Origin: a bacterium
GTDB lineage: Bacteria; Desulfobacterota; DSWW01
Direction of reading: 5' to 3'
Length of the DNA: 23,765 nt
Assembly (NCBI GenBank): GCA_040756235.1
Contig: JBFLZG010000083.1
Span: 1 to 23,765, forward strand
This document shows positions 7,258-15,503 of this stretch, piece by piece. The notes below the pieces were generated by a model. The model made no database searches. It was given only the letters and a program-made list of their open reading frames with translations, and had not been told where the DNA came from. The position numbers and the translations under genes are program-made. Position 1 is the first letter of the stretch, and every line of letters starts with the position of its first letter.

Positions 7258-7772
7258 ACGAGCTGGTCCTGTTGCTCTTCGGCACCCTGGGCATCCTGTT
7301 GCGGAGCACGCTGTTCCGAAGCGGGCTCCTGCACTATTTCGCTCCGGATACGACCCTGCTGATCGTCCTTTACGCCACCGGCTGGTTCCCTTACGTCCGC
7401 GGACTCATCCTGAGCCTTTCCATCGGACTGCTGGCCGATCTGTTCTCCGGCGCCCCGGAAGGCTGGAACGCCACTTACGCATGCCTGGTGTTCATCCTGG
7501 GGAAGGGAATCCAGGCACGGCTCTATCTCACCTGGCCCAGGGCTTCGATCGGGCTCTTTGTCGCCGCCTGTGTGCTGAAGCTGCCGGTGTTGGCATTGCT
7601 GTCCTCGGTGGGAGCCATTGCCTTCCCGGTTCAGAGGGAGCTCATCCGGCTTTGGGCCGGCGAGTGCGTGGCGACGCTCCTTCTCATGCCTCTTGTCTTT
7701 CTTCTTCTGTCCAAGAGTCTGGATCTCGAGCGGCTGCCCAGCACCCGAAAAGCCAAACACGGCTCATCATGA
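7254..7772 (+). CDS. mreD: Rod shape-determining protein MreD
   Basis: Hydrophobic 172-aa protein with PD and GLLADLFSG motifs, between mreC and mrdA, with ATGA overlaps on both sides. Confidence 0.85.
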   Translation: MNELVLLLFGTLGILLRSTLFRSGLLHYFAPDTTLLIVLYATGWFPYVRGLILSLSIGLLADLFSGAPEGWNATYACLVFILGKGIQARLYLTWPRASIGLFVAACVLKLPVLALLSSVGAIAFPVQRELIRLWAGECVATLLLMPLVFLLLSKSLDLERLPSTRKAKHGSS

Positions 7773-9646
7773 CCCAACTGCGTGATCATTCCATCGAGGC
7801 TTACCGCAGAGCTTTTCTCATCAGCCTTTTCGGCCTGGTCACGGCTTTCACCGTTCTCCTGCTCTGGCTGGGCTATCTCCAGATCTGGAAGGCGGAGACG
7901 TTCCGACTCCTGTCCGAAAGCAACCGGATCCGGCTGGAGAAGATTCCTGCCCCCCGCGGCAAGATCCTGGATGCGACGCGCGCGGTTCTGGCCGACACTC
8001 GACCCTGCTTCGACGTGGCCGCCATAGCGGAGGAGATCCAGGACTACCCATCGCTCGAGGAAGGCTTGAGAGCCATCTCCCCGCTGTCGCCCGACGAGCT
8101 CGGGGAGGAAATCCAGCGTCTGAAGAAGGGCATCCCTTTCCGCTCTCATGTCCTGTGGAAGGATACCACGTGGGAGGTCATGGCCTTCGTGGAAGCCAAT
8201 CGCACGCGGATGCCGGGGGTGCTGATCCAGGTCAACCAGACCCGCAATTACCTGGAGGGCGATCTCCTGAGCCCGGTCGTGGGTTACATGGGGGAGATCA
8301 GCCGCAAAGAGATGGAAGCGGCTTCCGACGGGCTCTACCAGGCCGGAGACTGGATCGGGAAGTCGGGGATCGAGAAACAGTGGGAATCTTACCTCAGGGG
8401 CAGGGACGGGGGAAGTCAGGTGGAGGTCGATGCGAGGGGCCGGCAGATGAGGTCCCTGGCAAAGAAACTCCCCCTCCCGGGGAAGAACCTCGTGCTTTCG
8501 ATCGACGGCAGGCTGCAGCAGGAAGCCAAGGCCGCCATGGGAGATCAGGCGGGGGTCGTTCTCGCCATGGACCCGAGGGACGGCAGCATCCTCTGCTATG
8601 TGAGCCAGCCTTCTTTTGATCCCAACCTGTTCATCAAAGGCATCACGCCGGAGCAGTGGAAGAGCTTTCGGGAAGACCCGCGCCATCCCCTCACGGACAA
8701 GGCCATCCAGGGCGCGTACCCGCCCGGGAGCACGTTCAAGATCGTCATGGCCGTTGCAGCGCTTGAAGAAGGAGTCATCTCTCCCACGGAGAAGCTCTTC
8801 TGCGGCGGCAGTTATCGGCTGGGCGTCCGCGCCTTTCGATGCTGGAAGCCCGAAGGCCATGGATGGATGGATCTCCACCAGGCCCTGGTCGAATCCTGCG
8901 ACTGCTACTTTTATCAGGTGGGGCAACGCCTGGGAATCAACCGCATCCACAAATACGCCACCCTGTTCGGGTTGGGACAGCCGACCCGCATCGGGTTGGA
9001 CGACGAAAAAGCCGGTCTCGTCCCCAATCCGGAGTGGAAGAAGAAGCGCTTCGGCCACCCCTGGTACGAGGGAGAGACCCTGGTCGTTTCGATCGGACAG
9101 GGGGCCGTGCTCGTGACGCCCATGCAGATGCTGCGAATGATTTCCGCAGTAGCCAACGCAGGAACGCTCTGGTCCCCCAGGCTGGTTCAGGGGGTGGAAA
9201 ACCCGGACGGCAAGCTCTATCTCGACAACCGGCCCGATCGCAAGTCCACGCTGGACCTCTCTCAGACCAACCTGGAGCTGGTCCGGACATCGTTGCGCGA
9301 CGTCGTGGAGAGCGGCCGCGGGACCGGAAAACGCGCGCGGCTCGGGTTCGTGGAAGTGGCAGGAAAGACCGGGACGGCACAGGTCGTTCATCAGCAGGAT
9401 CCGAAGGGCAGCCGATTCCTTCCGGTGGAAAAGCGCGATCATGCATGGTTCGTCTGCTATGCACCGGCGCAGGCTCCGGAGATCGCCATGGTTGTGCTCG
9501 CGGAGCATGCCGGACACGGCGGCGAGATTGCGGCCCCGGTTGCCAGGCGGGTTCTGCAAAGATACTTTAGTCTGACCGGCAGGGGAATCGCCGAGCAGCC
9601 GGTCGAGCTGCTTTCTTCTCAGGCAACCCCGGAGGCCGGCAGGTAG
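7769..9646 (+). CDS. mrdA: Penicillin-binding protein 2
   Basis: N-terminal TM, APRGKILD, GKSGIEK, active-site PGSTFK (SxxK), SCD and KTGTAQ, and DHAWF. ATG 7769 overlaps the mreD stop. Confidence 0.96.
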   Translation: MTQLRDHSIEAYRRAFLISLFGLVTAFTVLLLWLGYLQIWKAETFRLLSESNRIRLEKIPAPRGKILDATRAVLADTRPCFDVAAIAEEIQDYPSLEEGLRAISPLSPDELGEEIQRLKKGIPFRSHVLWKDTTWEVMAFVEANRTRMPGVLIQVNQTRNYLEGDLLSPVVGYMGEISRKEMEAASDGLYQAGDWIGKSGIEKQWESYLRGRDGGSQVEVDARGRQMRSLAKKLPLPGKNLVLSIDGRLQQEAKAAMGDQAGVVLAMDPRDGSILCYVSQPSFDPNLFIKGITPEQWKSFREDPRHPLTDKAIQGAYPPGSTFKIVMAVAALEEGVISPTEKLFCGGSYRLGVRAFRCWKPEGHGWMDLHQALVESCDCYFYQVGQRLGINRIHKYATLFGLGQPTRIGLDDEKAGLVPNPEWKKKRFGHPWYEGETLVVSIGQGAVLVTPMQMLRMISAVANAGTLWSPRLVQGVENPDGKLYLDNRPDRKSTLDLSQTNLELVRTSLRDVVESGRGTGKRARLGFVEVAGKTGTAQVVHQQDPKGSRFLPVEKRDHAWFVCYAPAQAPEIAMVVLAEHAGHGGEIAAPVARRVLQRYFSLTGRGIAEQPVELLSSQATPEAGR

Positions 9647-9671
9647 CAGGCGGCGAGCTGGAGGATTCGCG

Positions 9672-10778
9672 GTGGCGGCCCTCAAGAAGACCCGTTTTTC
9701 CTTCTTCGACTGGTTTTCCCTTCTGCTAGTCGTGCTCATCGGGGCGATGGGCATTCTCACCCTGTACAGTGCAACTCAGGGAGCGCCCGGGCAAGGAGGC
9801 ATTCCCATTCACGAAAAGCAGGGGCTCTGGTGGGCCATGGGCATCCTGGGCGTGATCTTGCTGCTGGTCATCGATTACCGTCATCTCGAGCATTTTGCCT
9901 ACGCGATTTATGGGGTCTCCCTGCTCCTGGTCGGCCAGGTGCTCCTGTTCGGACGCTCGATTTCGGGCGCCAGAAGGTGGATCGAATTGGGTTTCTTCCA
10001 GTTCCAGCCTTCCGAGTTGACGAAGCTGACCCTCATTCTGGCGCTGGCCAAGTATTTCCATCACCACCGGCGCAACGGACCCTACGGCCTTTTCCAGCTG
10101 ACGGTGCCCTTCGTCCTCTTTGCCGCGCCTTTTGTCCTGGTCCTGCTGGAGCCGGATCTCGGAACGTCCATCATTCTGATGCTGATCTTCTTCTCGATCC
10201 TGTTCTTTGTCGGGCTCAGCCGGGGCGCCGTCATGACCCTGTTCACGCTGGGCGCGGCGAGCCTCCCGCTCGGGTGGTTCTGCCTCAAAGATTATCAAAA
10301 AGACCGGATCCTGACCTATCTCGATCCGTCCCGGGATCCGCTGGGAAGCGGGTATCACATCCTGCAGTCGAAGATCGCCATCGGCTCCGGCGGTTTATGG
10401 GGCAAGGGGCTCCTCCACGGGACCCAAGCGAGGCTTCACTTCCTTCCGGAACAGCACACGGATTTCATCTTTTCGGTGTTTGCCGAGGAGTGGGGATTCT
10501 TCGGCAGCCTGCTCCTACTGACGGCCTATCTGGTGATCATTCTTTGGATCTTCAACATGTCCAGCCGGGCGAAGGATGCATTCGGCATGATCGTGTCCCT
10601 GGGGATTGCATTTCTCCTGTTCTGGCACGTGTCGATCAACATCGCCATGGGAGTGGGTCTGCTGCCCGTGGTCGGCATCCCGCTGCCTCTGTTCAGTTAC
10701 GGAGGTTCTTTCCTCCTCATGGTCCTGCTCGGGATCGGGCTGCTGCTGAACATCTATGTCCGTCGCTTCGTCTTTTGA
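9672..10778 (+). CDS. rodA: Rod shape-determining SEDS glycosyltransferase RodA
   Basis: GARRWI, QPSELTK, EPDLGT, GYHILQSKIAIGSGG, LPEQHTDFIF and GIPLPLFSYGGS motifs; downstream of mrdA. Confidence 0.96.
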   Translation: MAALKKTRFSFFDWFSLLLVVLIGAMGILTLYSATQGAPGQGGIPIHEKQGLWWAMGILGVILLLVIDYRHLEHFAYAIYGVSLLLVGQVLLFGRSISGARRWIELGFFQFQPSELTKLTLILALAKYFHHHRRNGPYGLFQLTVPFVLFAAPFVLVLLEPDLGTSIILMLIFFSILFFVGLSRGAVMTLFTLGAASLPLGWFCLKDYQKDRILTYLDPSRDPLGSGYHILQSKIAIGSGGLWGKGLLHGTQARLHFLPEQHTDFIFSVFAEEWGFFGSLLLLTAYLVIILWIFNMSSRAKDAFGMIVSLGIAFLLFWHVSINIAMGVGLLPVVGIPLPLFSYGGSFLLMVLLGIGLLLNIYVRRFVF

Positions 10779-10841
10779 CGATCGAAGGCCTGCCGCAGGG
10801 TCGACCCGCTCTGCCGAAGGCCTGAGAAGAGAGGTGCCTCC

Positions 10842-11483
10842 ATGCAGCGTGATCAAGAGATTCGTTGGAGGAAGCAGATCCAGGAGACTTTTCGAGGAAG
10901 CCTGCGCATCCAAGAGGAGTTCTTCTCGACCCAATCGGAACGCATCGTCGAGGCCGCGCACCTGATTCTGCGGACCTTGCGCGCGGGAGGCAAGCTCATG
11001 CTTGCCGGAAACGGCGGCAGCGCCGCGGACGCCCAACACCTGGCCGCGGAATTCGTGAATCGATACCGGAAGGAGCGACCGGCCCTTCCGGCGGTGGCGC
11101 TCACGACGGACACGTCCGTGCTGACCTCCATTGCCAACGACCACGATTTCGGCCTCGTCTTCTCACGGCAGATCGAAGCGCTGGGAAATCGCGGAGACCT
11201 CCTTCTGGTGATCTCGACGAGCGGAAACTCTCCCAACATACTGGATGCCCTGCGCAAGGCCAGAGAAATGGGGATCGCCACCCTGGCGCTGACCGGCGGA
11301 GACGGAGGCGCGGCGGTGAAGGCTGCAGACCTTGCTCTCTGCGTTTCCGCCTCCCGTCAGACCCCGCGCATCCAGGAGGCTTTCCTGTTGCTCGAGCACC
11401 TCTTCTGTGATCTCGTGGAGGAGGCTCTCTTCCCGTCGAAAACCGGCCGGACCGAAAGTGCGAGGAGGACGGATGAGCTCTGA
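10842..11483 (+). CDS. gmhA: D-sedoheptulose-7-phosphate isomerase
   Basis: GNGGSAADAQHLAAEF, ALTTDTS, ANDHDF, ISTSGNSPN and RIQE....H motifs; SD GAGGTG. Confidence 0.93.
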   Translation: MQRDQEIRWRKQIQETFRGSLRIQEEFFSTQSERIVEAAHLILRTLRAGGKLMLAGNGGSAADAQHLAAEFVNRYRKERPALPAVALTTDTSVLTSIANDHDFGLVFSRQIEALGNRGDLLLVISTSGNSPNILDALRKAREMGIATLALTGGDGGAAVKAADLALCVSASRQTPRIQEAFLLLEHLFCDLVEEALFPSKTGRTESARRTDEL

Positions 11484-12441
11484 ACCTTTGGACCGCAGTC
11501 AGCTTCAGCGGGAGCCCGTCAAGGACCGCCCTTCCAAAGTCTCGGTCGATCTGTTCGGCTCCCCGGTCCGGGCGGGCATGGGGGTCCGGGAGCTCCTGCA
11601 CGGTCTGCCCCGCATCCTGGCCTCCCAGTCGCTCCTGGAGATTGCGCGCAGACTGGCCGATGCCCGCCGCGACCGCAGGGAGATCATCTTTGCGATCGGC
11701 GGCCACGTGATCAAGGTGGGGCTCAACCCTGTGCTGATGTCCCTTATGGATGAAGGCATTCTGACGTGCCTGGCGATGAACGGAGCCGGCGTGATCCATG
11801 ACGTGGAAATCGCTCTCTGGGGACGCACCTCCGAGGACGTTGGTCCGGCCCTGGATCAGGGGATGTTCGGGGTCGCCCAGGAAACGGCCGAGCTCATCAA
11901 TCATGCGGTCCGGGAGGGCGCTCGCCAGGGGAAAGGCTTCGGCGCGGCCGTGGCCGAACGCCTCCGGGAGATGGGGCCGCCGTTTGCAGGCTTCAGCCTC
12001 TTGTGCCATGCAGCGGAGAAAGGCATCCCGGTGACCGTCCACGTCGCCTTGGGAACCGACATCGTGCACATGCACCCGAGCGCGGACGGCGGCGCCATCG
12101 GGAAGACCTCTCTGGAGGACTTCTACCTGCTGGCCGCACGCATCGCGCGCCTCGAGCACGGGGTGTTCGTCAACGCGGGCTCTGCCGTCATCCTGCCGGA
12201 AGTGTTCGTCAAGGCTCTCAATCTCGCCCGCAACCTGGGGCACAAGGTACAAACGTTCACCACGGTGAACATGGACTTCATCAAGCACTACAGACCCTCC
12301 GTGAACGTGGTCGAAAGGCCCGTCCGACTCGGCGGCAAGGGGTACCACCTCGTGGGTCATCACGAAATCAACCTGCCGCTGCTGGCCGCCGCCGTACTGG
12401 AGATCCTGGCCTCGGAAGGAGACCCCTTTGAGCGGGCCTGA
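11473..12441 (+). CDS. Uncharacterised deoxyhypusine-synthase-like (DHS-like NAD-binding fold) protein
   Basis: IGGHVIKVG, AMNGAGVIHDVE, GIPVTVHVALGTD and NAGSAVILPEVF align by eye to DHS-fold segments. SD GAGGAGG precedes ATG 11473, and the gene overlaps gmhA by 11 bp. Confidence 0.7.
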   Translation: MSSEPLDRSQLQREPVKDRPSKVSVDLFGSPVRAGMGVRELLHGLPRILASQSLLEIARRLADARRDRREIIFAIGGHVIKVGLNPVLMSLMDEGILTCLAMNGAGVIHDVEIALWGRTSEDVGPALDQGMFGVAQETAELINHAVREGARQGKGFGAAVAERLREMGPPFAGFSLLCHAAEKGIPVTVHVALGTDIVHMHPSADGGAIGKTSLEDFYLLAARIARLEHGVFVNAGSAVILPEVFVKALNLARNLGHKVQTFTTVNMDFIKHYRPSVNVVERPVRLGGKGYHLVGHHEINLPLLAAAVLEILASEGDPFERA

Positions 12442-13255
12442 TCTCTCGTCCCCGCGGGTCCTCACGCTGTCCAGCGATTTCGGCCTGCGAGATCCCTACG
12501 TGGCCTCCATGAAAGCCGTCATCCTGTCCATCCATCCGAACCTGCAGTTGGTGGACGTCACCCACGAGCTGCCGGCCCATCGGGTCCTTCCGGCCGCATG
12601 GATGGTGCGGGAGGTGTGTCCCCGCTTCCCGCCGGGAACGATCCACGTGGTGGTCGTGGATCCGGGTGTCGGGGGCGCCAGAAGGCCTGTCCTGGTGCAG
12701 AGCCGGGAGCATTTTCTCGTCGGGCCCGACAACGGTGTCTTCGGATTGTGGATCCGCGACTTCGGATTCGACGGCGCCTGGCTGCTGGAGGAGCGGCGCT
12801 ACTTCCAGCCTTCCGTCAGCCGAACGTTCCACGGCAGGGACATCTTTGCTCCGGTCGCGGCGCATCTGGCCGGGGGTGTTCCCCCGGCGGCCTTCGGTCC
12901 CCCGATCGGCGACCCGGCCGGGGTCGAGGCTCCGGTCCCGCGCCGGCGCGACGGTGCTCTGGAAGGGCAGATCGTCTGGATCGACCGGTTCGGCAATTGC
13001 ACGACCAACCTTCCGGAAAAGCAGGTGCTCGAGTGGTGCGGCGGAGATCCGTTCACGATTCGAGTCGCTTCCACCCGGCTGGAGGGCGTCATGCCCTCTT
13101 ACGATTCGGTTCGGGAAGGAGAATGCCTGGGCATCTTCAGCAGCACCGGACACCTGGAGATCGCATGCAATCGAGGCCGGGCGGACGAGGTGCTGAAGGT
13201 CCGTGAGGGGGCTCCGGTGCTGCTGGAAAAGCTACCGGGCCCCGGGGAGCGGTGA
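12428..13255 (+). CDS. SAM hydroxide adenosyltransferase (DUF62; SAM-dependent chlorinase/fluorinase family)
   Basis: TLSSDFGLRDPYVASMK, VVVVDPGVG, GPDNG, SRTFHGRDIFAP, IDRFGN and GHLEIA motifs. Confidence 0.92.
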   Translation: MSGPDLSSPRVLTLSSDFGLRDPYVASMKAVILSIHPNLQLVDVTHELPAHRVLPAAWMVREVCPRFPPGTIHVVVVDPGVGGARRPVLVQSREHFLVGPDNGVFGLWIRDFGFDGAWLLEERRYFQPSVSRTFHGRDIFAPVAAHLAGGVPPAAFGPPIGDPAGVEAPVPRRRDGALEGQIVWIDRFGNCTTNLPEKQVLEWCGGDPFTIRVASTRLEGVMPSYDSVREGECLGIFSSTGHLEIACNRGRADEVLKVREGAPVLLEKLPGPGER

Positions 13256-14367
13256 AAAGGGAAGAGATGTCAAACATTCGCGATGACGGCGAAGGGAAGT
13301 TCGATCCGGAGTTCTGGCAGCACCTGCGAGGTTCCCCGTTCTCGCTGCAGGATAACGGTGCGCCGCCGCGACCCAGGATCTGGATCAACATCGTCCTGTT
13401 CTTCGCCACGGTCTTGACGACCATGGTTGCCGGCGCTCTCCAGAGCCAGGGCGGCCAGGCGTTCTCCTCTTTCCGGAACCTGCTTCAGGGAGCCCCCTTC
13501 TCGGCCGCTCTTCTCGGGATCCTGCTTGCCCACGAAATGGGTCACTACTTCGTTTCCAGGTATCACCGGGTGCCCACCACCCTGCCCTACTTCATCCCCA
13601 TGCCGACGATCATCGGGACGATGGGCGCCATCATCCGCATGCGCGCGCTGGTCAGGGACCGGCCCATTCTTTTCGACATCGGCATCGCGGGGCCGCTGGC
13701 CGGCATGTGCGTGGCCGTACCGGCCACGGTCATAGGCCTCGTGCACTCTCAGGTCGTGACCGCGGCCGGGGGCGCGGGCGGCATCGAGCTGGGCGACTCT
13801 CTCCTCTTCTACTTACTCACGCGCTGGATCTTCGGCGCTCTGCCCGAGGGACAAACCGTGCTGCTTCATCCGGTCGCCTTCGCCGGATGGCTCGGCTTCT
13901 TCGTGACCTCCCTGAATCTCCTTCCCATGGGCCAGCTGGACGGGGGTCACGTGACTTACGGGCTGGTCGGCCCGCGCCACCGTCTCGTCTCCCGTCTGGC
14001 GTTTCTCGCCCTCATCGGCTGGGGAGTTCACGGCGTGTTCCTGCACCTCCGGCCTCTGGAATGGCTCTGGGGGATCGCCTTCTGTTGGACCGGGTTGCGC
14101 TTCGTGCTGGCCCGGCAAACCGGCGGGTTCCTCAGGATCTTCGCGATCTTTCTGCTGGTCGTCGGCATCAGCGAGAATTTTGTCCCCAGCACGTTCGTGT
14201 GGCTCTTCTGGGCGGTCCTGATCACTTTTCTCCGGCTCGACCACCCCCCGACTCGGGATGTCACTTACCCCCTGGACCGGAACAGGAAGATCCTGGGCTG
14301 GACAGCTCTGATCGTGTTCGTGCTGACGTTCACACCTCGGCCGTTCATGTACGATCTGACGGGCTAG
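13252..14367 (+). CDS. Site-2 protease family (M50) intramembrane zinc metalloprotease
   Basis: HEMGH, LPYFIP, GTMGA, IAGPLAG and NLLPMGQLDGGH motifs; multi-TM. Start is GTG 13252 (GTGA overlap) or ATG 13267. Confidence 0.93.
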   Translation: MKREEMSNIRDDGEGKFDPEFWQHLRGSPFSLQDNGAPPRPRIWINIVLFFATVLTTMVAGALQSQGGQAFSSFRNLLQGAPFSAALLGILLAHEMGHYFVSRYHRVPTTLPYFIPMPTIIGTMGAIIRMRALVRDRPILFDIGIAGPLAGMCVAVPATVIGLVHSQVVTAAGGAGGIELGDSLLFYLLTRWIFGALPEGQTVLLHPVAFAGWLGFFVTSLNLLPMGQLDGGHVTYGLVGPRHRLVSRLAFLALIGWGVHGVFLHLRPLEWLWGIAFCWTGLRFVLARQTGGFLRIFAIFLLVVGISENFVPSTFVWLFWAVLITFLRLDHPPTRDVTYPLDRNRKILGWTALIVFVLTFTPRPFMYDLTG

Positions 14368-14375
14368 TTCGCCGC

Positions 14376-14849
14376 CTACCCGGCCGGCTGCTCCTTCTTC
14401 TTGGGCGCTGTCTTGGCCTTCGCCACGGCAGCCTTGACGACGGCCAGGTCGTCCTTCAGGCCCCGCACCTCCTCCGTCACGGCTTCAATATCCGCCTTCC
14501 GTGCGATACTGAGCTTGGTCAGGCCCCTCTCGATCCGGGTATCCAGATTCTTCCTGAGCTGGTCACCAACGTTCCGGGCGGGCGAATTCAACCGCTCCAT
14601 CATCTTGCGAGTGTTCTGTTCGAAAACCTTCTGGAACTCTCCGTAGATTCTTCCGGCTTCTGCAGCCCACTCGTCCAGCTGCTTCCGCTGGCTCTCCGGC
14701 ACGTACTTCTCGGACACCTTCGCGATGCGCCTGACGAGCTTCTCTCCCTCGGTTTCGAGGCGCGTCAAGGTGCGTCTCGAATTCTCCAAGCCCCCTTTGA
14801 GAAACTCCGAAAACACGACTTTGGCGTCCTTCCCTGCCTCCGCGCGCAT
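14376..14849 (-). CDS. Phasin-like (PhaF/PhaI-type granule-associated) coiled-coil protein
   Basis: Helical amphipathic protein with LETEGEKL and a C-terminal L.IA.K.DIE.V...V..L segment typical of PhaF/PhaI-like proteins. Short K/A-rich tail; strong SD GAGGAGGAGG. Confidence 0.6.
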   Translation of the reverse strand: MRAEAGKDAKVVFSEFLKGGLENSRRTLTRLETEGEKLVRRIAKVSEKYVPESQRKQLDEWAAEAGRIYGEFQKVFEQNTRKMMERLNSPARNVGDQLRKNLDTRIERGLTKLSIARKADIEAVTEEVRGLKDDLAVVKAAVAKAKTAPKKKEQPAG

Positions 14850-14938
14850 GGCTTCCTCCTCCTCTTGACTCTTTGTTCGATGTTCCTTCCCCGCGAGCTC
14901 AATTCCGGCATTCGTTCTGTGCTCACGGGCTGTGGCTA

Positions 14939-14967
14939 TTTATAACGCATTGCGTTAACACAGTCAA
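14939..14967 (-). promoter_or_regulatory. Sigma70 promoter of the phasin-like gene with an overlapping palindromic operator
   Basis: TTGACT (14967-14962), 17 bp, TATAAA (14944-14939). The palindrome TAACGCA-T-TGCGTTA lies at 14943-14957. Confidence 0.6.
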
Positions 14968-15181
14968 GACCCCTGGCTTGCCGCAGCCGAGCCCACGCCC
15001 TCAGTTGCACGGAACCGAACCGGAAACCAACTTTCAAAATGGTCAGGTTTGTGTTATTCGTGAACAGTGATGAGCCCCTCCTCACCCTGCCGGTGAGCAG
15101 AACACGCCGATTCTGTGATATTTTTTTTCTGCACCAGGACAAGGGCTCCCGCCGTACCGTTGCTTGGGGGAATGGCACGCG

Positions 15182-15463
15182 ATGCTGATCAAAGAGGAAA
15201 AGAAAAGGAAGCCACTGATGGGAGCTCTGTTGGTCTTGATCATCGCAGGACTCCTCGGAAACATCTTCGGTGTCTTCTTGGGCGCCCTGCTGCCGGACGG
15301 TTCTCTCAGCGAGGTGCTGGCCAGAAGCTTCGGCTATGGTTTGGAGCCTCCGCTGGTAGTCGATCTGTGGATCTTTTCCGTATCCTTTGGATTCAAGTTT
15401 CAACTGAATAGTTGTGGTTTGGCATTCATGTTCTTGGGTCTCATTCTGTATAAGAAGGCCTGA
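15182..15463 (+). CDS. Small membrane protein, DUF4321-like
   Basis: N-terminal TM with G..G...G, then VDLWIFSVSFGFKFQLN and a C-terminal TM ending LYKKA. Start is ATG 15182 or 15164. Confidence 0.7.
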   Translation: MLIKEEKKRKPLMGALLVLIIAGLLGNIFGVFLGALLPDGSLSEVLARSFGYGLEPPLVVDLWIFSVSFGFKFQLNSCGLAFMFLGLILYKKA

Positions 15464-15503
15464 TTCCTCGGCACACCCCCCCCAAAGGAGGCAAGACTCT
15501 CGA

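Noticed and set aside
7160..7768. Apparent 203-aa N-terminal extension of PBP2 in the ORF track
   Set aside because: This is an open frame overlapping mreC/mreD. The real start is ATG 7769, which overlaps the mreD stop and precedes the TM anchor.
8890..8910. PBP2 second motif is SCD rather than SxN
   Set aside because: SxD is normal for the MrdA/PBP2 subfamily.
7631..9760. Very long antisense ORFs (also 5165-6214, 11101-12465, 16068-17768, 18184-19320 and 19579-21402)
   Set aside because: These are typical stop-poor shadow frames of high-GC genes, each opposite a well-identified conserved gene.
10784..10824. GAAGGCCTG direct repeat and GGGTCGACCC palindrome between rodA and gmhA
   Set aside because: They are short, GC-rich and have no U-tract, so they could be chance and cannot be assigned a function.
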